DNA of 35,682 nucleotides. Source: an uncultured Victivallales bacterium. GTDB lineage: Bacteria; Verrucomicrobiota; Lentisphaeria; Victivallales; UBA1829. The position numbers and the translations under genes are program-made. Under the pieces are notes generated by a model, which was not told the origin of the DNA, did no database searches, and saw only the letters and a list, made by a program, of their open reading frames with translations. Where the stretch lies: positions 1 through 35,682 of the forward strand of contig CALXMJ010000326.1 in the NCBI GenBank assembly GCA_944389445.1, in the 5' to 3' direction. Of this stretch, positions 24,935 to 32,124 are shown piece after piece (the first letter of the stretch is position 1; each line of letters begins with the position of its first letter).

Positions 24935-26221
24935 TCAGGATTCCAAGTCGTGACGGACACGCTTCAGCAGTTCGGGTATATTGAGCTTCTGCGGGCATTT
25001 GGAAAGACACGCGCCGCAGTTCACACATGCCGACGCCGGTGATCCGCGCTGAATCGGCGACATGGAAACCGTATAATCGAAAAGCGCCCTCTTTTTATCC
25101 CTGTGCACCAGATAATTGTTGTAAACATAGGCAAATATATATCCAATCGCCACGTTATGCGGGCAGGGGATGCATTGATAACAGCCGGTGCAGTCGATGT
25201 GCCCCGGGGTCCGGCGGAAAGCTCGGATTGCGACTCCGAGCGCCTTCCTCTCATCCGGAGTAAGCATGTTCGGTTTCGCTTTCGACGCATAACGCAGGTT
25301 CGCTTCGACATCGGCCATCGACCCCATGCCGCTCACTGCGACGCTGACTTCCGGGATGTCCCAGAGATAATCCAAAGCCCATTCTGTATCGGGCTTCTCG
25401 ACTCCGGTTGAACGGAGTGCCGCTCGCATGGAGGACGGCAGATTCGCCAGGAATCCGGTTCGTACCGGTTTCATCACGGCAAGTCCCATTCCATTGGCCG
25501 CGGCGTACTTTGGGCCGAGACAGCCGGCTTCATATTCATAGTCGAGGTAGTTGTGCTGGATCAGACAGAAATCCCAGGGCGCGGATTCCACCACTTCTTT
25601 GAACAGCTGGAGACGGTCATGAAACGAAAAACCAGCAAAACGGATTTTTCCCTGATCCTTGAGCTTCATGATCTTATCTATCAGTTTGAATGGGATCACT
25701 TTCTCTTTCCAGCCGCGATGCATAATCATGTGGATATGATAAAAATCAATGACATCGGTTCCGATTGTTCTCCGGGATTCGTCGAAAAGTCTTTCGAAAT
25801 CTTCCGGAGCCTTCATGATCCACCATGGGGCTTTGGATGTCACGTAAACCCGGCTGCGCCAGTGCCCTCTGAGGGCTCTTCCGGCGACTTCCTCGCTTTG
25901 TCCGCCGAGATAGACCCGTCCCGTGTCGATGTAGTTCACTCCGCCCTCAATGGCGCGATGGATCATCGCGACGCTCTGATCGAAGTCCACGTTTTTTCCA
26001 TTGGAGAGCATCGGCAGTCTCAGAAGTCCGAAGCCGAGAGCCGAGACATTTACTCCTGTTCGCCCCATCGGTCGATACTGCATTCGGGGATTGAAGTTCA
26101 AGATCGACCCTTCTGGTTTGAGCAATGGCGTTTTCGCCGCTTTCAGAAGGGCACCCTTGCCGAACACGGCACTGGCGGCTGCTGCCGCTGCCGCGGATTT
26201 GAGAAAATCACGTCTGTTCAT
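24935..26221 (-). CDS. Aldo/keto reductase fused to a C-terminal 2x[4Fe-4S] ferredoxin-like domain, with a twin-arginine signal
   Basis: Tat motif MNRRDFLKSAAAAAAASAVFG. AKR core (GFGLLRLP, YIDTGRVY...). C-terminal CTGCYQCIPCP and CVNCGACLSKCP cluster motifs. AAGGAAAC Shine-Dalgarno. Confidence 0.88.
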   Translation of the reverse strand: MNRRDFLKSAAAAAAASAVFGKGALLKAAKTPLLKPEGSILNFNPRMQYRPMGRTGVNVSALGFGLLRLPMLSNGKNVDFDQSVAMIHRAIEGGVNYIDTGRVYLGGQSEEVAGRALRGHWRSRVYVTSKAPWWIMKAPEDFERLFDESRRTIGTDVIDFYHIHMIMHRGWKEKVIPFKLIDKIMKLKDQGKIRFAGFSFHDRLQLFKEVVESAPWDFCLIQHNYLDYEYEAGCLGPKYAAANGMGLAVMKPVRTGFLANLPSSMRAALRSTGVEKPDTEWALDYLWDIPEVSVAVSGMGSMADVEANLRYASKAKPNMLTPDERKALGVAIRAFRRTPGHIDCTGCYQCIPCPHNVAIGYIFAYVYNNYLVHRDKKRALFDYTVSMSPIQRGSPASACVNCGACLSKCPQKLNIPELLKRVRHDLES

Positions 26222-26230
26222 GATGTTTCC

Positions 26231-26710
26231 TTAATTTGACGGAGAAGTCGCAAGGCGGATTGTGATTTCCCGATTGTCTGCCCGCTGGAGGATTTTTATG
26301 CCGTCCCCGTCGATTTTTCCGAGAAGAATCAGATTTTTCGAATATCGGAAATCGCGATAGAATATAGCCAGATTTCCCCATGGCGCGTAATAGGCGATAT
26401 CCCCGGTGACAGGGGAGAATCCTTCCGGAGCGCCGTCTGAGGGAAGTTTTTCCGGCAGATCGGCAATTTTTTCGGTGCCGTTGAAGTCGCTCAGACGCAG
26501 TGTGAGCGGCAACTGTGCCAGAAACTTCCTTGCGGACGCATTGTCATACAGGACAGCGTGGAGAAGATGACCGTCCACATGGATCTGCAGTTTCTGATTC
26601 ATTGTTTTTCTTTCTGGCGCTGGCGATGCGCCGGGCGTTCCGGAATTTCCGCAGGCGTTCATCGCAGACATCAGGATTCCGGAGAGGAGAAAAAGTGGAA
26701 GAGTTTTCAT
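26231..26710 (-). CDS. Cyclophilin-like fold protein (exported, possible lipoprotein)
   Basis: Signal MKTLPLFLLSGILMSAMNACG. Body LYDNASARKFLAQLPLTLRLSDFNGTEKIADLP...GDIAYYAPWGNLAIFY matches my recollection of the cyclophilin-like family found beside flavodoxins. AAGGAG Shine-Dalgarno. Confidence 0.75.
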   Translation of the reverse strand: MKTLPLFLLSGILMSAMNACGNSGTPGASPAPERKTMNQKLQIHVDGHLLHAVLYDNASARKFLAQLPLTLRLSDFNGTEKIADLPEKLPSDGAPEGFSPVTGDIAYYAPWGNLAIFYRDFRYSKNLILLGKIDGDGIKILQRADNREITIRLATSPSN

Positions 26711-26735
26711 TCTGACTCCTTATTGTTCCGCATAG

Positions 26736-27233
26736 TTATTTCATTTTCATTTCCGGTACGAGCGGATTCTGGTCAATCAGTTCCAGTTTCCGAACCATTG
26801 CGAGAGAGTTTTGTTTGTATTTCCGGAAATGAGACGTTTTGATATGATGCTCATAGGCGGCGCGGTCCGCGTAGATTTCCAGAACGGCAATCCGCTCCGG
26901 GTGTCTCTTCTCCTGCATGGAATACATCAGCAATACGCCGGATTCCTGCGCCATTGATTTGCGCCCGCACTCCGCAACGAGTACAAGATACTCTGAAATT
27001 CGTGCCGGATCGACCTCGATCCGTGAAATCCGGACAATGCTTTCCGGAGTGACAGCCCTTCCTGATTTCCGTTGTTCCTTCTTCGCTTTTCCCCGAGGCA
27101 TGGACATACCGGCACGGCTGATTGCGGAGCTGGCGGAATGCGGCGCCTGTCCCGGGGAATTCCCCGGAAGAGCAAACGGAACCAGCAATGCTGCGATTCC
27201 GATTCTTATGCAGGAGAAGGAAGATTGCCTCAT
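26736..27233 (-). CDS. Antibiotic-biosynthesis-monooxygenase (ABM) domain protein with signal peptide
   Basis: Signal-like MRQSSFSCIRIGIAALLVPFALPG. ABM ferredoxin-like fold: VRISRIEVDP...VLEIYADRAAYEHHIKTSHFRKY. AGAGGAG Shine-Dalgarno. Confidence 0.78.
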   Translation of the reverse strand: MRQSSFSCIRIGIAALLVPFALPGNSPGQAPHSASSAISRAGMSMPRGKAKKEQRKSGRAVTPESIVRISRIEVDPARISEYLVLVAECGRKSMAQESGVLLMYSMQEKRHPERIAVLEIYADRAAYEHHIKTSHFRKYKQNSLAMVRKLELIDQNPLVPEMKMK

Positions 27234-27247
27234 TCCGCTCTCCTCTT

Positions 27248-28294
27248 TTATTTCCCCGCGGTTGCGGTTTGATAGTCCGAGTCGGAGACCGGCTCAAGCC
27301 ATGTGTTTTTATTGGTTTCCGGATTGCACTCAATGGCAAGATGTGCGAACCAGTGGTCGGGGGATGCTCCGTGCCAGTGATCGACATCCGGGGGGATTTC
27401 AACCACATCGCCGGGCAGCAGTTTCCGTGCCTCTCTGCCGCGTTCCTGGTAAAAGCCGATGCCGCCGACTGCGATCAGAAGCTGTCCTCCGGTATGACGA
27501 TGCCAGTTGTTCCGGCATCCCGGTTCGAAGGTGACGTTGGAGAGGGGAACCCCGAGCCGTTTGTCTTTTGTCAATGGAGCAAGATACGATTTCCCGCTGA
27601 AATATCTGGCATAGGCCGTGTTCTCGCCTCCGCGGGGAAAGTGGCTGACGGCATTGCTTTTGACAATCGCCAGGATTTCATTGATCTGCTCGTCCTTCAC
27701 TCCGTTGCGTTTGCCGATTCCGATATGGGATTTCAGCTGGCTGTCGACTCCATCCATGGCTGCGAGGGCGGCAATGGTTGCGATTTCGCGGGTTCGCCAG
27801 TCGAGATTGTCGCGGCTGAAAATATCGCCGAAGAGATGCGCTTTCAAGTATTCGTCAATCGCCGGAGCGAACTCAAAAAGCGCACCTTTGACCGGCGCTC
27901 CGCAGAGTTTTGTCTGGTTTGCTGTTCCGAAGTCGATGCTTTTTCCCTCCGGGAGCGGGCCGGGAAGTCTTCCGATGGCGTCCTTGACGCCTTTTGCTTC
28001 GCGTTCCCGCAGGAGCGCCATAAAGTTTCCAAGCGCATTGAGGCTGCGCGGAAAACCGCAATAGGCATAAAGCTGAACGAGGATTTCCCTGATCTCATTC
28101 ACGGTTGTTCCGGAGTCGAGTCCGGCGGCCAGTGCGGTTTTCAGGTTCGGCATGTCGCCGCGCGCAGTGTGCATCGCGATGCAGACGATTTGCCGTTCTT
28201 TTTCCTTCAGAGTTGTCATGGGATTTTTTGCCTCCAGTTGATTTATGCAGCAGAAAAGGGCGATGAATATTCCGGATAAGATGATTCTGCGCAT
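27248..28294 (-). CDS. Carboxymuconolactone decarboxylase (AhpD-like) x2 fused to a cupin domain, with signal peptide
   Basis: Two CMD repeats (...NEIREILVQLYAYCGFPRSLNAL and ...DEQINEILAIV). C-terminal cupin NNWHRHTGGQLLIAVGG...GDVVEIPPDVDHWHGA. Trimmed to the ATG at 28294 (MRRIILSGIFIALFCCINQLEA), 7 nt after the flavodoxin stop. Confidence 0.82.
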   Translation of the reverse strand: MRRIILSGIFIALFCCINQLEAKNPMTTLKEKERQIVCIAMHTARGDMPNLKTALAAGLDSGTTVNEIREILVQLYAYCGFPRSLNALGNFMALLREREAKGVKDAIGRLPGPLPEGKSIDFGTANQTKLCGAPVKGALFEFAPAIDEYLKAHLFGDIFSRDNLDWRTREIATIAALAAMDGVDSQLKSHIGIGKRNGVKDEQINEILAIVKSNAVSHFPRGGENTAYARYFSGKSYLAPLTKDKRLGVPLSNVTFEPGCRNNWHRHTGGQLLIAVGGIGFYQERGREARKLLPGDVVEIPPDVDHWHGASPDHWFAHLAIECNPETNKNTWLEPVSDSDYQTATAGK

Positions 28295-28301
28295 ATTCCC
28301 C

Positions 28302-28886
28302 TCACTTTTGAATGTCTGCCGCTTCACCGACCCATTTTTTCAATGCGGCTTCGGCATTCCGGATGCTTCCGCCGGAAAATGCTCCGGCTTTGCCGAAGTT
28401 TGCTTTCGGACATGTTTTCCGCATATCCCGTTCGCAATTCGCCATTCCGCCTCCGCCGTGCGTGACAAAGGGAATGACGGTTTTGCCGCTGAAGTCATAT
28501 TCGGAGAGAAAACTGCGGACCGGCGGAGCCATTGTACTCCACCAGTTCGGAGTCCCGACAAAAATGACATTGTATTTTGCAAAATCCTGGACTTTTGCGG
28601 CGAGTTCCGGTCTGGTTCCTTCCCGGCACTCTTTTTTCGCCTGATCGACACATGCGCTGTAATTCGACGGATACGGCTTGAGCGGTTTGATTTCAAACAA
28701 CGTTCCTCCGGTGAGTTTCTGAATCTGTTCCGCCGCGAACCGGGTGTTTCCGCTCCACGAGTAGTACGCGATCAGGACTCTGCCGGATTCCGTGTGGATC
28801 TTTTGCGCGGCGGCGTTCTCCGCGGAACAGCCTGCCGCTCCGAAAAAAGATGCCGCCATTACGAGTGCCATTGTTCTCTTTTTCAT
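28302..28886 (-). CDS. Flavodoxin (flavodoxin_4-like), exported/lipoprotein-type N-terminus
   Basis: MKKRTMALVMAASFFGAAGC, then VLIAYYSWSGNTRFAAEQI...IFVGTPNWW...IPFVTHGGGG. Trimmed to the ATG at 28886, with AGGAGG 6 nt upstream. Confidence 0.85.
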   Translation of the reverse strand: MKKRTMALVMAASFFGAAGCSAENAAAQKIHTESGRVLIAYYSWSGNTRFAAEQIQKLTGGTLFEIKPLKPYPSNYSACVDQAKKECREGTRPELAAKVQDFAKYNVIFVGTPNWWSTMAPPVRSFLSEYDFSGKTVIPFVTHGGGGMANCERDMRKTCPKANFGKAGAFSGGSIRNAEAALKKWVGEAADIQK

Positions 28887-29134
28887 TGCTGCCTCCTTGA
28901 TTTGGTTGAGTTTTCCTGTTTTATTTGAAATACGAGATAATCCAGACAATCGACTTTTTGCTGTGCCGCATGGAGCTTCGACAGCAGGGAAAAACGCTGA
29001 TGCGTGAGAAGTCGCAGCTGCTCCCGGATGTCGCCGTTTTTCCGCAGAATGAGGATTTTCGCAATCAGCTGCGAACCGCATCCCGCATCCCGCAGATTGC
29101 GGACCAGCAGTGTCGTTTCATCAGAACCACCCAT
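28883..29134 (-). CDS. Small helical protein of unknown function (83 aa), first gene of the flavodoxin operon
   Basis: MGGSDETTLLVRNLRDAGCGSQLIAKILILRKNGDIREQLRLLTHQRFSLLSKLHAAQQKVDCLDYLVFQI... Its TGA overlaps the flavodoxin ATG (ATGA at 28883-28886). It resembles small conserved hypothetical proteins I recall from anaerobe flavodoxin clusters. ATG at 29134 has GGAG 12 nt upstream. Confidence 0.6.
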   Translation of the reverse strand: MGGSDETTLLVRNLRDAGCGSQLIAKILILRKNGDIREQLRLLTHQRFSLLSKLHAAQQKVDCLDYLVFQIKQENSTKSRRQQ

Positions 29135-29179
29135 AAGATTTCCCAACTCCGATTTTCCTTGTTTTTTTGTTCTGCTGTC

Positions 29180-29208
29180 ATTATAATCGATTTTTGCAAA
29201 AATAACAA
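29180..29208 (-). promoter_or_regulatory. Candidate promoter of the exported-redox operon (TTGTTA-N17-TATAAT)
   Basis: On the minus strand, TTGTTA is the reverse complement of 29203-29208 and TATAAT is the reverse complement of 29180-29185. Confidence 0.4.
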
Positions 29209-29220
29209 ATACTTATTTAT
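29202..29220. promoter_or_regulatory. Candidate LysR-type box (ATAA-N11-TTAT) overlapping the -35 of the operon promoter
   Basis: ATAACAAATACTTATTTAT is an imperfect dyad of T-N11-A type. It lies between the divergent promoters. Confidence 0.3.
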
Positions 29221-29235
29221 TATGGGTTCCAATGC

Positions 29236-29264
29236 TTGACAGGCATGGATTTCCGTGTTATGTT
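29236..29264 (+). promoter_or_regulatory. Candidate lysR promoter (TTGACA-N17-TATGTT with TGn extension)
   Basis: Perfect -35 at 29236-29241, and TGTTATGTT at 29256-29264. AAAGGAGG Shine-Dalgarno at 29277-29284. Confidence 0.4.
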
Positions 29265-29291
29265 GGAAGTGGAATGAAAGGAGGCTCCTGT

Positions 29292-30200
29292 ATGGAAATC
29301 CGGGTACTGCGTTATTTTCTTGCTGTGGCACGCGAAGGGACGATTGTTGGTGCGGCGAAGTTTCTGCATGTGACCCAGCCGACTCTGTCACGGCAGCTTC
29401 AGGATCTGGAGGAGGAACTCGGACAGCAGCTTTTCCTTCGCAGCAACCGTTCCATTACCTTGACTCCGGAAGGGATGCTTCTGAGGAAACGGGCGGAGGA
29501 AATCCTGGAGATTGTCAGTCGGACCGAGGCCGATTTCAATTCGATGGGAGAGAATATTGGCGGCAGTGTCCATATCGGCGGGGGGGAATCCCGGGCGATG
29601 AAGCTGATTGCCGAAACCATCCGGGAACTGCGCGGCGAATATCCTGATATCCGATGCAATCTTTACAGCGGCAATGCCGAGGATGTCGTGGAGCGGCTCG
29701 ACAAGGGAATCCTGGATTTCGGAATTCTGATTCAGCCGGTCGATATTTCCAGATATGATTCCATCACCCTGCCGGTCAGGGATGTATGGGGGGTGGTCAT
29801 GCGGAAGGACAGTCCTCTGGCGGCAAAGAAGTCCATTTCCCTTCGCGATCTGCAGAAACTTCCTTTGATCTGTTCCCGGATCAGTATCCGGCAGAGCTCC
29901 GTGAAAAACGCGTATGCCGAATGGTTCGGCAGAAGTTTTGAGAAACTGAATATTGTCGCGACCTACAATCTGATTTACAATGCCGCATTGATGGTGGAGG
30001 CCGGGATCGGTTATGCACTCGCCCTTGATGGCCTTGTCGATGCGCTCGGAAACCGGACGCTTTGTTTCCGGCCGCTGGAACCGAAGCTGGAGTCCGGATT
30101 GAATATTGTCTGGAAAAAGTACCAGGTCTTCTCCAAAGCCGCCGAGGTTTTTCTGGAGAAAATCCGGGAGCGCTTCCCCGAAGCGGATTCCGACGCCTGA
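29292..30200 (+). CDS. LysR family transcriptional regulator
   Basis: MEIRVLRYFLAVAREGTIVGAAKFLHVTQPTLSRQLQDLEEELGQQLFLRSNRSITLTPEG. Divergent from the flavodoxin operon. Trimmed to the ATG at 29292. Confidence 0.92.
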   Translation: MEIRVLRYFLAVAREGTIVGAAKFLHVTQPTLSRQLQDLEEELGQQLFLRSNRSITLTPEGMLLRKRAEEILEIVSRTEADFNSMGENIGGSVHIGGGESRAMKLIAETIRELRGEYPDIRCNLYSGNAEDVVERLDKGILDFGILIQPVDISRYDSITLPVRDVWGVVMRKDSPLAAKKSISLRDLQKLPLICSRISIRQSSVKNAYAEWFGRSFEKLNIVATYNLIYNAALMVEAGIGYALALDGLVDALGNRTLCFRPLEPKLESGLNIVWKKYQVFSKAAEVFLEKIRERFPEADSDA

Positions 30201-30281
30201 GTCCCGGACCGGAGACCTTCCGGAAGAAGGGACGTCCTCCGGGCAGAAAACGGAAATTTTCCGGAAATTCATTTTCAGGGA

Positions 30282-30309
30282 TTGACTTTTTTTGAAAATT
30301 TGTTATAAT
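30282..30309 (+). promoter_or_regulatory. Near-consensus extended -10 promoter (TTGACT-N16-TGtTATAAT)
   Basis: TTGACT at 30282-30287, TG at 30301-30302, TATAAT at 30304-30309. About 43 nt upstream of the LacI ATG. Confidence 0.5.
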
Positions 30310-30313
30310 TATA

Positions 30314-30325
30314 TTAACGCGTTTA
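30314..30325. promoter_or_regulatory. Candidate LacI-family operator (TTAACGCGTTTA; perfect 8-bp palindrome AACGCGTT with central CG)
   Basis: It lies 5 nt downstream of the -10, around the expected transcription start. LacI/GalR operators are CG-centred palindromes. Confidence 0.4.
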
Positions 30326-30351
30326 GATGAATATTGTTAAAAGGTTCTGAA

Positions 30352-31386
30352 ATGGCACAGTCTTATATTTCCATGCGTTCTTTCGCTAAGATGGCCGGTG
30401 TTTCCGTGGCGACCGTCTCGCATGTTTATTCCAATCCGGACAGTGTTTCAAAAGCAACAGCTAAACGTGTTTTGGAACTTGCGGAAACGGTTGGTTTTTC
30501 TCCGAATGCCGTTGCCAAAGCCGCCTTCGGGGAATCGACCCAGAGCATCGGCATCCTTCTTCCGAGTCTTTCCGACAGTTATTTCGGGGGAATTGCCCGG
30601 GCGATTCAGAAACGCTTGATTCAGGCCGATTATCTGCCGATTTTCATTGATTCCGTCGATTCGTCGGAAGATTCTCTCAGCCGTCTTCTGAAGCACAAGG
30701 TGGATGCGCTTGTCATCGGCTGTTCCGATGAAAATCTCAACATTCCCAAAATCTGCCGGAATCAGATGACACGGCTGCCGATCGTTGCCATTGAACAGAT
30801 GCGTCCGGGTGTTTGCTCGGACTCTGTGCTCAACGATGATTACGATGGAGGTTTTCAGGCGGGAAAACATCTGATTTCTCTGGGGCACCGGCGATTCGGA
30901 GCCTGCACCTATGGCGAGGAACGGAGCAACTGCATTCCGCGAATCATCGGTTTCCGCGATGCCATCCGCCACTCCGGAGGGACTCTGGAAGATCGTTTCA
31001 TTACACACCTGACGATTCACGGAGCGGAGAACGACGGAGACAGGAAGATGCGGAAGGAGCTGGAGAAAATTCTTTCCGCATCGGATGCCCCCACCGCTAT
31101 TTTTGCCACAACGGATTACCTTGCTCTCCATGTTTATGATGCTGCAAAAAAAATCGGACTGCGGATTCCGGAGGATGTCAGTGTCGTCGGGTTCGGCGAT
31201 CTTCAGTTCTCGCCATACGTCAATCCTCCGTTGACGACCATTCGTCAGAATCCGGCGCTCATCGGTACAAAAACGGCGGAGCTGCTGCTGAAACGGCTGA
31301 AACATCCGGATCGAAATATGGAAAACATCTGCGTACCGGTGGCGCTGCTGGTTCGCGGTTCAACAAAGGAGAGAACGATAAAATGA
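30352..31386 (+). CDS. LacI family transcriptional regulator
   Basis: HTH MRSFAKMAGVSVATVSHVYSNPDSVSKATAKRVLELAETVGFSPNAVAKA plus a sugar-binding core. ATG at 30352 (the track start 30334 is TTG). Confidence 0.9.
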   Translation: MAQSYISMRSFAKMAGVSVATVSHVYSNPDSVSKATAKRVLELAETVGFSPNAVAKAAFGESTQSIGILLPSLSDSYFGGIARAIQKRLIQADYLPIFIDSVDSSEDSLSRLLKHKVDALVIGCSDENLNIPKICRNQMTRLPIVAIEQMRPGVCSDSVLNDDYDGGFQAGKHLISLGHRRFGACTYGEERSNCIPRIIGFRDAIRHSGGTLEDRFITHLTIHGAENDGDRKMRKELEKILSASDAPTAIFATTDYLALHVYDAAKKIGLRIPEDVSVVGFGDLQFSPYVNPPLTTIRQNPALIGTKTAELLLKRLKHPDRNMENICVPVALLVRGSTKERTIK

Positions 31387-32096
31387 AGGTAAAATTTTTC
31401 ACACTTATAGAGCTTCTGATCGTTGTTGCAATCATAGCAGTTCTTTGCGCATTGCTGCTGCCGGCATTGAACGGCGCAAGAAGCAAGGCCAATATCATCT
31501 CCTGTCTGAACAATGCGAAGGAGTGCGGGAGGCAGATGCTGATGTATGCGAACGATTCTCATGCCTGGATTCCGGTCGGAGTCAATACGGGAGATCCACA
31601 CTCCAACTGGCACGAGACTTTGCTGGCATTCGGTTATCATGGGAAAAAGAAATCCAATTGTCAGAAAAACGCGATTTGCCGCTGTCCGGGGGATCCCGAT
31701 TTCGGCATCGCCTACTGGACCATCGACGGAGCAAAGCTGACGGAAAAAGGAGGAAAGAAAACCAGTCTGGCCCCAGGTTCGGGGTTCAACTCGGACGGAA
31801 TCAATATCGCCTCTTTTCCCTCTCCTTCCACGACGGTTATGTTCACAGAGGGGGCGTGGATGAATGGAGAAGGAAAACCGGTATACCGTTATTTTCCCAG
31901 TGGTGTCTGGAGCACATATTATGTCTATCTCCGCCATCAGCGGAAGGCGACATTTTATTGGATGGATGGTCACGCAACCAACGGCGTGGTAGATGCCTAT
32001 GCAAGGGCAACCCAGCCGTGGAACGGTCTCTGGAATAGCAATGGTTTTATTGATCCGGCCGGAATCCTGTACCCGTTCAGTGCGTTTCGAAAATAA
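31383..32096 (+). CDS. Prepilin-type N-terminal cleavage/methylation domain protein with H-X9-DG motif (DUF1559-like)
   Basis: MKVKFFTLIELLIVVAIIAVLCALLLPALNGAR, and near the C-terminus RHQRKATFYWMDGH (H-X9-DG). The ATG overlaps the LacI stop (ATGA at 31383-31386). AAAGGAGAG Shine-Dalgarno lies inside the LacI 3' end. Confidence 0.88.
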   Translation: MKVKFFTLIELLIVVAIIAVLCALLLPALNGARSKANIISCLNNAKECGRQMLMYANDSHAWIPVGVNTGDPHSNWHETLLAFGYHGKKKSNCQKNAICRCPGDPDFGIAYWTIDGAKLTEKGGKKTSLAPGSGFNSDGINIASFPSPSTTVMFTEGAWMNGEGKPVYRYFPSGVWSTYYVYLRHQRKATFYWMDGHATNGVVDAYARATQPWNGLWNSNGFIDPAGILYPFSAFRK

Positions 32097-32124
32097 ACAC
32101 TGTTTTTCAAGAAGGGAGTTTTTC

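Noticed and set aside
27122-28279. 385-aa plus-strand ORF antisense to the CMD-cupin gene (also 26917-27534 and 28245-28928)
   Set aside because: These are shadow ORFs of the minus-strand operon, with no recognisable domains. The minus-strand frames have Shine-Dalgarno sites and family motifs.
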